Made by a program: the position numbers and the translations under genes. Shown one piece after another: positions 28,145-36,144 of a DNA stretch of 64,000 nt. Position 1 is the first letter of the stretch; every line of letters starts with the position of its first letter. The stretch spans positions 2,848,001 through 2,912,000 of the forward strand of contig CAWGAA010000001.1 in assembly GCA_963820525.1 (NCBI GenBank), in the 5' to 3' direction. A model generated the notes under the pieces. The model had not been told where the DNA came from. It searched no databases and saw only the letters and a list, made by a program, of their open reading frames with translations. The DNA is from an uncultured Spirochaetota bacterium (GTDB lineage Bacteria; Spirochaetota; Spirochaetia; SZUA-6; Fen-1364).

Positions 28145-29146
28145 ATGGGCGCGCGCCTGATAGGCCTGGCCTTTGCCGCGTGGCTCATCTTTTTCGCCGC
28201 TCTCGACGGCTGCTCCCGCACAGCGGGCGCGTCGCGGGAGAAGGCGAAACCCAGCGTGCTCGCGGTGGAGAACTTCCTGGCCGATATCACGTCGGAGGTG
28301 GCGGGAGACACTCTTGCAGTCCAATCGCTTCTGCCCGAAGGAGCCGACCCCCACACCTACGAGCCGACGCCTCGTGACATTGCCAGCGTAGCCGGCGCCG
28401 ATCTGGTCATTATAAACGGTTCCGGGTTGGAGGGGTTCATTCAGAAGCTCATCGAGAATGCGCGGGGAGGCGCTGCGGGGAAGGGACTGCACGTGGTGGA
28501 GGCTTCGGCAGGGCTCAAGGGACGGACGGCGCGGGAGGGGGAAGCCGTCGAGCTGGGGCAGACCGCCGGAAGCTCCGGCGCGCCCGTTGAAATCGACCCT
28601 CATTTCTGGCTTGATCCAGTTCTGGTAGTTCATTACGTACAGAACATTCGAGACGCATTGAAAGTGCTCGATCCTGCTGATACTGCAACTTTCGAAAAGA
28701 ACGCAGCTTCCTATATCGCGAAGCTCGACGGGCTTGACCGATGGATTTCCAAGGAAGTGAGCGCGATTCCGCCTGCCGACAGGAAGATCGTGACCAATCA
28801 CGAGAGCTTCGGCTATTTCGCCGACCGTTACGGATTCCAGGTGATCGGGACGGTCATCCCGGGCGTGAGCTCGGACGCTGCACCAACCGCACGACAGCTC
28901 GCGCGCCTTGTGGACCGGCTCAAAGCGGCGCACGTCAAGGCGATCTTCCTGGAAACAGGCACGAACCAGAAGCTCGCCCGCCAGGTGGCGATGGAAGCGG
29001 GAGTCATGGCCGTTCGCACCCTCTACGACCATTCGCTTTCAGCTCCGGACGGCCCGGCCCCCACGTATATCGATATGATGCGCTACGACGCGAAGAGCGT
29101 CGTGGACGCGCTGAAAGACCCGCCGCGGGGTCAGGAGGCGCCATGA
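28145..29146 (+). CDS. Zn/Mn ABC transporter substrate-binding lipoprotein (ZnuA/TroA family)
   Basis: Lipobox-like LDGC; DPHTYEP, DPHFWLDP and NHESFGYFA metal-ligand motifs. Confidence 0.92.
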   Translation: MGARLIGLAFAAWLIFFAALDGCSRTAGASREKAKPSVLAVENFLADITSEVAGDTLAVQSLLPEGADPHTYEPTPRDIASVAGADLVIINGSGLEGFIQKLIENARGGAAGKGLHVVEASAGLKGRTAREGEAVELGQTAGSSGAPVEIDPHFWLDPVLVVHYVQNIRDALKVLDPADTATFEKNAASYIAKLDGLDRWISKEVSAIPPADRKIVTNHESFGYFADRYGFQVIGTVIPGVSSDAAPTARQLARLVDRLKAAHVKAIFLETGTNQKLARQVAMEAGVMAVRTLYDHSLSAPDGPAPTYIDMMRYDAKSVVDALKDPPRGQEAP

Positions 29147-30012
29147 TTTCCTGGCTTGCCGCTCCGCTTGCCTACGGTTTCATGCAGCGGGGAATGCTTG
29201 CGGCGATCATCGTCGGGATCGTCTGCGCCGTGATCGGCTGCTACGTGGTTCTTCGCTCCATGGCGTTCATCGGAGACGCCATGGCCCACTCCATTCTCCC
29301 GGGGATCGCGGTCGCGTATCTGCTGAAGGGCAACCTCCTGGTGGGCGCCTTGGTCGCGGCGGTTGTCATTGCCCTGGGAATCGGCGCCTTCTCCCGTCAT
29401 GGGACGATCAGAGAGGATACGGCCATCGGAATCCTCTTCGCGGCGGCCCTCTCGCTGGGGATCGTCCTGATAAGCTCCATCCGGACGTACGCGCTGGATT
29501 TGAGCCACATCCTGTTCGGAGACGTTCTGGGCGTGAATGTCCGCGACCTCGTTCTGACGGGGGGAATCGCCGTCGTCGTGCTCGGGGCCATCCTCCTCCT
29601 GTACAAGGAGCTTCTCGTCGTGTCCTTCGATCCCGTGCTCGCCCGGACCCTCAGGCTCCCCGCCGAAAGGCTTCGGATCGTGCTTCTTGTCCTCCTGGCC
29701 CTCACGGTCGTCGTGTCGCTTCAAAGCGTGGGGATCGGGCTCGTGTCGGCAATGCTCGTGACGCCCAGCTCCACCGCGTACCTGCTCACCCGGAGGCTCC
29801 CCCGCATGATGGCGCTCTCCGCCGCGTTCGGCGTAGCCTCGAGCGTGATCGGGCTGTATGCAAGCTTCTATCTCAACGTGGTCTCTGGCGCGGCGATCGT
29901 GCTCACGGCGACCGCCTTCTTCATGATCGCGTTCCTGCTGGCTCCCGAACGGGGGCTTCTTTGGAGGCTGGCGAGCAGCCGCAGAGGGGGCGCGGACCCC
30001 GCGGGGCGGTGA
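29143..30012 (+). CDS. Zn/Mn ABC transporter permease (ZnuB/MntB family)
   Basis: [39 protein letters not shown] overlap. Confidence 0.92.
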   Translation: MISWLAAPLAYGFMQRGMLAAIIVGIVCAVIGCYVVLRSMAFIGDAMAHSILPGIAVAYLLKGNLLVGALVAAVVIALGIGAFSRHGTIREDTAIGILFAAALSLGIVLISSIRTYALDLSHILFGDVLGVNVRDLVLTGGIAVVVLGAILLLYKELLVVSFDPVLARTLRLPAERLRIVLLVLLALTVVVSLQSVGIGLVSAMLVTPSSTAYLLTRRLPRMMALSAAFGVASSVIGLYASFYLNVVSGAAIVLTATAFFMIAFLLAPERGLLWRLASSRRGGADPAGR

Positions 30013-30028
30013 GTCTCCGGCCTTCGGC

Positions 30029-31213
30029 TCAGCCCGCAAACTTTCGAAACGCCTTCTCGAATCCGGCGAACGACCGTTCGATGACATCGGTGTCCACGCA
30101 GAAGGCGATGCGGAAATACCCGGGCAGGGCGAAGCCCCGTCCGGGGACCGCCAGAACGAGGTCTTCCTGGAGCGCCTGGATGAAGGCCAGATCGTCTCCG
30201 CCGGGGGCTTTCGGAAAGATGTAGAAGGCGCCCTGGGGCTTTACCAGCTCGTAGCCGATTTCCTGGAGCGCGGCGCAGAAGAGGTCCCGCTTGGCCCTGT
30301 AGACGCTCACATCGACGCCGACTCCCTGCAGGCGCGCCACGACCCGCTGCATGAGCGCCGGAGCGTTCACGAAACCCAGGATCCGCGTGCAGAGGATGAC
30401 CCCATCGACGAGGGCGCGGCTGTCCTCCGCCCCGGGGCTCACGGCAACGTAGCCGATGCGCTCTCCGGGGATGGAGAGATCCTTGGAGGAGGAGGAGACC
30501 ACGATGCTGTGGGGATACAGCCTCATGACCCCAGGAACCACGATGCCGTCGAAGACGAGCTTCCTGTACGGCTCGTCGCTCACGATGGTGATGGTGCGCC
30601 CGATCCTGCGGCTCGCCTCCGAAAGCATCCGGGCAAGCTCCTGCAGGGTTTCCTCGGGGTACACCCTGCCGGTGGGGTTGTTCGGCGAGTTGATGATAAG
30701 CGCGGCCGTGTTCCTTGTTATTTTCGATTCGATGGCCGCCACGTCCAGGTTGAAATCCCTGGCGCTGGGCGCCATGACGAGCTTTCCTCCGTGGTTCTCC
30801 GCGTAGAAGCTGTACTCCACGAAGCAGGGAGCGCTCACGATGACCTCGTCCCCGGGATTGAGGATGGTCTTCAATGCCGCGTTCAGCCCTCCTCCGGCTC
30901 CGCACGACATGACGATGTTTTCACCGCCGAGCGCCACCCCCTGTTCCTTCGATACGTACTCCGCCACCCGGGCCCGCGCCTCGGGGTAGCCGGCGTTGGC
31001 CATGTAGCCGTGCTTGTGGGGGACCTTCGCCTCCACGACGTCGCGGAGGGCCGCCTGGAACTCCGCCGGGGGCTCCACGTCGGGGTTTCCCAGGCTGAAG
31101 TCGCAGACCTTGTCGGCGCCGTACCTGGCGCGAAGCTGGTTTCCCGTCTCGAACATCCTCCGGATCCAGGAGGAGCTCTCCATCATCTGCCTGATCCTCG
31201 CGCTAGCCGCCAC
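30029..31213 (-). CDS. Class I/II PLP aminotransferase (aspartate aminotransferase-like)
   Basis: SSWIRRMFE, DFSLGNP, INSPNNPTG, SDEPY, SKDLSIPGERIGY. Confidence 0.92.
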   Translation of the reverse strand: MAASARIRQMMESSSWIRRMFETGNQLRARYGADKVCDFSLGNPDVEPPAEFQAALRDVVEAKVPHKHGYMANAGYPEARARVAEYVSKEQGVALGGENIVMSCGAGGGLNAALKTILNPGDEVIVSAPCFVEYSFYAENHGGKLVMAPSARDFNLDVAAIESKITRNTAALIINSPNNPTGRVYPEETLQELARMLSEASRRIGRTITIVSDEPYRKLVFDGIVVPGVMRLYPHSIVVSSSSKDLSIPGERIGYVAVSPGAEDSRALVDGVILCTRILGFVNAPALMQRVVARLQGVGVDVSVYRAKRDLFCAALQEIGYELVKPQGAFYIFPKAPGGDDLAFIQALQEDLVLAVPGRGFALPGYFRIAFCVDTDVIERSFAGFEKAFRKFAG

Positions 31214-32339
31214 GGCATTCCTCCTCGATCGTCTTGGAGAGGGATTCCATGTTCTCCTCGGAACCGATGCTGATGCGAAGCCCGTCGGAGATCTCGGCCG
31301 CGGTGAAGTAGCGAACGAGGAAGCCCCGGGCCAGGAGCCGATCCGACAGGGTCTTTGCGTCCATCCCCGCGGGAGGAACGGCGAAGATGAAGTTGGCGTC
31401 GGAGTGGGGAACCGCGAATCCCCCGTCTCTGAGGCGCCGGGAAAAAGCCTCGCGGGTGGCCACGATCCTGTCCCGCGTCCGCTTAAGGTATTCCCCGTCT
31501 TCCAGCGCCGCGCGCCCCGCTTCCTGGGCCAGACGGCTCACATTGTAGCTGTCCTTCACCTTCATCATCTCTTCCACCAGCCTCTCGTGAGCGAAGGCGA
31601 AGCCGATGCGCATCCCGGCGAGCGAGAAGGTCTTCGAGAGGGTGCGAACGATGATGAGCCGCGGGTTGTCGGCCAGGAGGGGAAGGCTCGATTCGGGGGC
31701 GAAGTCGATATATGCCTCGTCCGCCACCACGATGCCGGGAAAGCCCGCCAGAAGGCGTGCCACCCATTCCGTGGGGAACGCGAATCCATAGGGGGAGTTG
31801 GGCGTGGTGAGGAAGAAGACCTTGGCCCGCGGCGAGGGAACCGGGAGGCGGCCGGCATCGGTCGCGGAAGCGACGCGCTGGAGGGGAACTTCCACCGTGC
31901 GGGCTCGGGCGAGAGCGGCCAGCACGGGGTAGAGGGAATAGGAGGGGCGATGGAAGCCGATCGTGTCCCCCTCCGAGACGAAGGCGCGCATGATGAGGGA
32001 GAGGATCTCGTCGGAGCCGTTGCCGCAGAGAACCTGGGCGGCGGAAAGGCCGTACAGCCGCGCCGCCTCCTCCCGAAGCGAGTCGCTTCGGGGGCTGGGA
32101 TAGAGGCGCAGCGTGTCGTCAACGGCCTGTTTGACTGCCTGGATCACGCGGGGGGAGGGGGGGTAGGGGTTTTCGTTCGTGTTGAGCTTCACCAGGCGCG
32201 TGCCCGGTTTGGGCTGGAAGCCCGGAACGTAGCCCGGAGTCTCTCGAACGCTCCGGCGCACGAACCCGAGAGCCGCCTCGAGATCGGCGCTCGCGGTGGG
32301 GCCTCGAGGCGCGCGGGCGCCTGTTTCCGCTGTGCTCAT
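31203..32339 (-). CDS. hisC: Histidinol-phosphate aminotransferase
   Basis: KLNTNENPYPPSP, GNGSDE, DEAYIDF, RTLSKTFSLAGMRIG. Confidence 0.93.
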   Translation of the reverse strand: MSTAETGARAPRGPTASADLEAALGFVRRSVRETPGYVPGFQPKPGTRLVKLNTNENPYPPSPRVIQAVKQAVDDTLRLYPSPRSDSLREEAARLYGLSAAQVLCGNGSDEILSLIMRAFVSEGDTIGFHRPSYSLYPVLAALARARTVEVPLQRVASATDAGRLPVPSPRAKVFFLTTPNSPYGFAFPTEWVARLLAGFPGIVVADEAYIDFAPESSLPLLADNPRLIIVRTLSKTFSLAGMRIGFAFAHERLVEEMMKVKDSYNVSRLAQEAGRAALEDGEYLKRTRDRIVATREAFSRRLRDGGFAVPHSDANFIFAVPPAGMDAKTLSDRLLARGFLVRYFTAAEISDGLRISIGSEENMESLSKTIEEECRGG

Positions 32340-32559
32340 CTCTTGCATCTCCTGATGGAATTGGGAGTGTAGCAGATGCCTCCCCTGGGGGGCAAGGGCG
32401 CGATTCAAGAAGCGTCGCTTCAACAGTGGCGCCTCGCTGCCGAATCCAAGGCGCGGGGGGGGGGCGGCTGTGAATGCGGGCCCGGCCAGGCCGGACCATG
32501 GGTGTTCCTTGACTGATCCCGGGTTTTCGCACTATATCTGCATGGGCAAGGAGGTTCGA

Positions 32560-32952
32560 ATGCCGATCATCGTTTCAGAAAAGGCCGCGACGCAGGTTCT
32601 CTCCCTCTTCGAAGAGGGCGGAAAAACGGGCGCGGCTCTCAGGCTCTGGATTGCCGGGCTGGGATGCTCCGGGTTCCGCTACGGCATGGGCGTCGACGAC
32701 AAGGAGCCCGAGCAGGGGGATCAGGTGTTCGAATCCAACGGCGTGAAGATCGTGATCGATTCCGAGAGCATGAAGTACATGGACGGCGCGAAAGTCGACT
32801 ACATCGAAGACTCCGAAAGCGCCGGCTTCAACATCGACAACCCCAATCCCGCTCCGCAGTCCGACTGCAATTGCGGCTCCTCCCAGTGCGGCGTTCCAGC
32901 GGCCGGAGAGTCGGTGGATGAGGAAGGCCACGGCGGCTCCGGCAGCGCATAG
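32560..32952 (+). CDS. A-type Fe-S carrier (IscA/ErpA/HesB family)
   Basis: GCSGFRYGM, GFNIDNPN and CNCGSS; RBS AAGGAGG. Confidence 0.9.
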   Translation: MPIIVSEKAATQVLSLFEEGGKTGAALRLWIAGLGCSGFRYGMGVDDKEPEQGDQVFESNGVKIVIDSESMKYMDGAKVDYIEDSESAGFNIDNPNPAPQSDCNCGSSQCGVPAAGESVDEEGHGGSGSA

Positions 32953-33003
32953 AGCGCCGGCTTTGGCGAGACGGCCCAAGAGGGGCCGCGGGGAGCACTC
33001 TTT

Positions 33004-33735
33004 TCAGCGTTTCAAGGGCTCATCGACCAGGCTGAAACGGATCGGGATGATTCCGTTGTACGCCACGGGGCGGCCCGCCTCCTTTGCGGGCTCGAAGAAC
33101 GCGGCGCGTATCGCCTTGAGCGCCGATTCATCCAGCATCCCGTAGCCGGAAGAAGAGACTACCCTCGCTGAGATCACTTTTCCGTTCTGGTCCAGGCTCA
33201 CCAGGATCCGTACGGTACCCTCGAGTCCCAGCCTGCGCGCGCTGCGGGGATACAGCGGCTGGATCTCGGCAAGCGGGCGGGGAGGCGAGAGAGCGGGGCC
33301 TGCTTCCCCGTGCCCTTCCGCGGGATCGGAGAGCGCGATCGGCGGCTGGGGGGCGCCGCTTTCGCTTTCGGGGCCGGCTAAGCTTTCCGGGCTGGCTGTG
33401 GGCACCGTCGATGCGGCGGCAGCCGTTGAGGCTGCTTCGGCTTCAGGTTCATCCGAAATCCCGGAGCTTTCGGCCGACGGTTCGGGAACGTCATTCACGG
33501 GAGAGGTACTGCCGGGCAGGCTTTTCGGTCCCGGAATCGAATCCGCTTTCCCGCGCATCGGAAACGGAGGCCCGCCGCTTGGCGAATCTTCAAATATCTC
33601 GAACTGCCCGAAGGAAACCGAAACCATGCGCATGCCGCCCGTATCGATGCTCTGAAGCAGGGGCGCAAAAACCATCGCGCCATGGAGCAGGCAGGCGAGG
33701 AGAACCGCAAGGGCTGTCCGCCATCGCCATTCCAT
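33004..33735 (-). CDS. tonB: TonB energy transducer
   Basis: N-terminal TM with LHG, Pro/Ser/Glu-rich spacer, YPRSARRLGLEG..SSG..LD C-terminal domain. Confidence 0.88.
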   Translation of the reverse strand: MEWRWRTALAVLLACLLHGAMVFAPLLQSIDTGGMRMVSVSFGQFEIFEDSPSGGPPFPMRGKADSIPGPKSLPGSTSPVNDVPEPSAESSGISDEPEAEAASTAAAASTVPTASPESLAGPESESGAPQPPIALSDPAEGHGEAGPALSPPRPLAEIQPLYPRSARRLGLEGTVRILVSLDQNGKVISARVVSSSGYGMLDESALKAIRAAFFEPAKEAGRPVAYNGIIPIRFSLVDEPLKR

Positions 33736-33825
33736 TTTACTCTCTCGCTCCCTTATGCCGTCTCAGGCGCGGCCGCGCCGCAGGCGCCGCAGCCGCGCGG
33801 TCTCCGACGCTTCCCATGGACCCTC

Positions 33826-35775
33826 CTAGAATTTCATGTTCACGCCGGTCTGGATCGAGAACGGCGGCATCGGGTATCCATTCTGCGTCTGGTACTCCGC
33901 ATTGAAGAGGTTTCGAAGCACCACGGAGAAGGTGAGATTGCCGCTCACGGCGAGCCGGTAGTCGGCGTTGGTGACAAAGTACGCGGGAAGAGCCTTCGAC
34001 TCCATGTTGGCGCTGTCCGTGTACTGGATTGCGACGTAGCGCTCTTCGACGCCGAAGGAGCTTGTCCCATCGTCCCAGCCCAGCTTTGCGCTTAATGTAT
34101 GCATGGGTGTCCAGGGGGCGCGCCTGTCCGCGGAGAGAGGGATATCCTGGGAGCCGTACTGGAGGAGCAGGCTGTAGATGAAGGTATAGTCCGCCTGAAG
34201 CGATATGCGGTCCGTGAGGGCCGCCTTTCCATGGAGTTCGGCGCCCGGGAGGAAAGACTTTCCAATGTTCACGGGCATGTAGGGAGGAGTAGAAGACCAT
34301 TCGATGGCGTTGAGCGCCAGCCGTGCAAAGACGGCGGCGTCGATGCTCAGGCCTCGATCCGAAAGCGAGTAGCCCAGCTCTCCGCTGTACGATGTCTCAG
34401 GCTGCAGGTTCGGGTTGCCTGCCGCAGACCCGCCGGATTCGTACCAATACAGGTCGTTCAGGGTGGGGGTGCGATACGCGCTTCCCGCGGAAGCCTTCAG
34501 GGATGACGTCTCGGAGAGAGGAATCACGGCGCCGAGCTGGAAGGAAAGGTAGCCGGGGAAGTCGGAGTAGTAGTCATACCTCGCGGACGGGGTGATGGTG
34601 AGCCTCTCCAGGGGAGAGAAGGGAAGCGAGAAGAATCCGGCAAGGTTGAGCCTGTCCTTCGGTTGCGCGAGGTTGGTGCTGTCCGCCAGGTCGTAGGAGA
34701 CGCTTCCGCCATAGACCGCGGCGAGCATGGGAGAGATGGTGAGCTTCTGGGTGATGTCGGCGCTCGCCGAATGCGTGCGGTGGAGGCTTGCCGGGGGCCA
34801 AAGGGGATAGGAGTAGGCAAGCTCTTCGTAGCGATAGAAGCCCTTCAGGTCCAGGGTGAGCAAGTCGCTGAACAGCCTGTCCGTGCTCCAGGAAAGAGAG
34901 CTGGAAGCCGACGTGTCGTGCTGCGTGGCATTGCTGGAGGCGCTGTTGAGGAATCCGGGAACTCCCGTGTCATAGTAGGAGACGATTCCCCGGGCGCTGA
35001 GCCTGCCGCCGGCAAGCGGGAAATCAAGCCCGAGCGTTCCGTCCGTCGAGAAGGCCTGGGCATTGTTCATGCGCCGAAAGCCGCCAAGCTTTATCGTGTC
35101 GTTCCACGTAAAGCCGTTGGCCGCGCGCATCAGGGAACCGCCGGCCGTGAGGCCAACGTCGCCAAGCTTGCCTGAAAGAGAGAGATCGACCTCCTGGCTG
35201 TCGATGAGGTCCATGAAGTTTTCAGCGGTGGGGGTGGTGACATCGCCTTCCGTCATAATGGAAGCCCCGTGCGGGATATAGCTCAGGTTGGTTATCGAGA
35301 GGCCGATTTCAGGGGTTTGCGCCTTCTTGGTGATGATGTTGATGACTCCGCCGATGGCGCCCGTTCCGTAGAGAGAGCTTTCCCCGCCGCGAACGATCTC
35401 GATTTTTTCTATGAGGGCGAGCGGGATGGTGGACAGGTCTATCATGCCGTCGCGGCTGGAGTTCAGCCTCATGCCGTCAAGGAGGACAAGGACCTGGGCG
35501 GATGTCGAGCCGCGCACGTGCGCCGAAGTGACTGAGCATTTTGTGCCGTTATCCCCGACCGTGATCCCACTCTGCGTGGCCAGAAGCTCCGCAAGCCCCG
35601 CGGCGCCCGACTTCTCGATGTCTGCGGAGCCGATCACTGTGACGAAGCTCGGCACGTCGAGAGCCGGGGATTCTATTCGCGTGGCGGTCACGACAACCTC
35701 CGGAAGCTCCGGGGGTTCCTGTGCCAGGAGGGGAACCGATGCAAGGAGTGCGAGAAGGAAAACCGCGATTCTCAT
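33826..35775 (-). CDS. btuB: TonB-dependent receptor, probable cobalamin transporter
   Basis: Signal peptide, TonB box EVVVTATR, plug IEKIEIVRG..YGTGAIGGVINIITK, NPNLQPE, terminal Phe; upstream B12 riboswitch. Confidence 0.85.
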   Translation of the reverse strand: MRIAVFLLALLASVPLLAQEPPELPEVVVTATRIESPALDVPSFVTVIGSADIEKSGAAGLAELLATQSGITVGDNGTKCSVTSAHVRGSTSAQVLVLLDGMRLNSSRDGMIDLSTIPLALIEKIEIVRGGESSLYGTGAIGGVINIITKKAQTPEIGLSITNLSYIPHGASIMTEGDVTTPTAENFMDLIDSQEVDLSLSGKLGDVGLTAGGSLMRAANGFTWNDTIKLGGFRRMNNAQAFSTDGTLGLDFPLAGGRLSARGIVSYYDTGVPGFLNSASSNATQHDTSASSSLSWSTDRLFSDLLTLDLKGFYRYEELAYSYPLWPPASLHRTHSASADITQKLTISPMLAAVYGGSVSYDLADSTNLAQPKDRLNLAGFFSLPFSPLERLTITPSARYDYYSDFPGYLSFQLGAVIPLSETSSLKASAGSAYRTPTLNDLYWYESGGSAAGNPNLQPETSYSGELGYSLSDRGLSIDAAVFARLALNAIEWSSTPPYMPVNIGKSFLPGAELHGKAALTDRISLQADYTFIYSLLLQYGSQDIPLSADRRAPWTPMHTLSAKLGWDDGTSSFGVEERYVAIQYTDSANMESKALPAYFVTNADYRLAVSGNLTFSVVLRNLFNAEYQTQNGYPMPPFSIQTGVNMKF

Positions 35776-35923
35776 GGGCGTCTCCGCGCCGCCGGGTACT
35801 ATCCTTCGTCTTCATCCCGATGGGATGAGGAAAGGGCTGGTGTTTCGATGAGGCGCGCTGAGTGCGATATGCCTGGAAGGGTAACTCAAGGCCGAACCAT
35901 CCTTTTCCGCGAAGGTCTCGGTC

Positions 35924-36082
35924 TTAGGAATCGTCTCCTGGCTTCCGGATCGCCTGGCCTGCAGCGCCTTCTCGCCTTCCGTTCGGAAGGCAATGGCTGG
36001 GACGTCTCCATCCCCGCTGCGGGCATCCCCGGTAACAGTGGCGGGACCGCTGCGGATTCTCACCGCATTCCGTGGTTCCTAA
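35924..36082 (-). ncRNA. Cobalamin riboswitch
   Basis: Minus strand: GGAA-TGCGG-TGAGAAT-CCGCA, CCCGCCACTGT, GCCATTG..GAGAAGG, B12 box AAGCCAGGAGAC; closing stem TTAGGAA/TTCCTAA; upstream of a TBDR. Confidence 0.93.
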
Positions 36083-36101
36083 AACGGGCAGCTCGTCGAT
36101 A

Positions 36102-36130
36102 GTGATACATCGAGGCGGGCCGCCTGTCAA
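36102..36130 (-). promoter_or_regulatory. Sigma70-type promoter for riboswitch-btuB-tonB
   Basis: TTGACA-17 bp-TATCAC about 20 nt upstream of the aptamer. Confidence 0.6.
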
Positions 36131-36144
36131 TCCGCAGACCGCCT

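Noticed and set aside
32455..32464. G10 homopolymer between hisC and iscA as a phase-variation tract
   Set aside because: It lies outside both predicted promoter spacers and coding regions; no effect can be supported
32340..32540. Possible tRNA or sRNA in the hisC-iscA gap
   Set aside because: No cloverleaf or T-loop consensus; explained by divergent promoters
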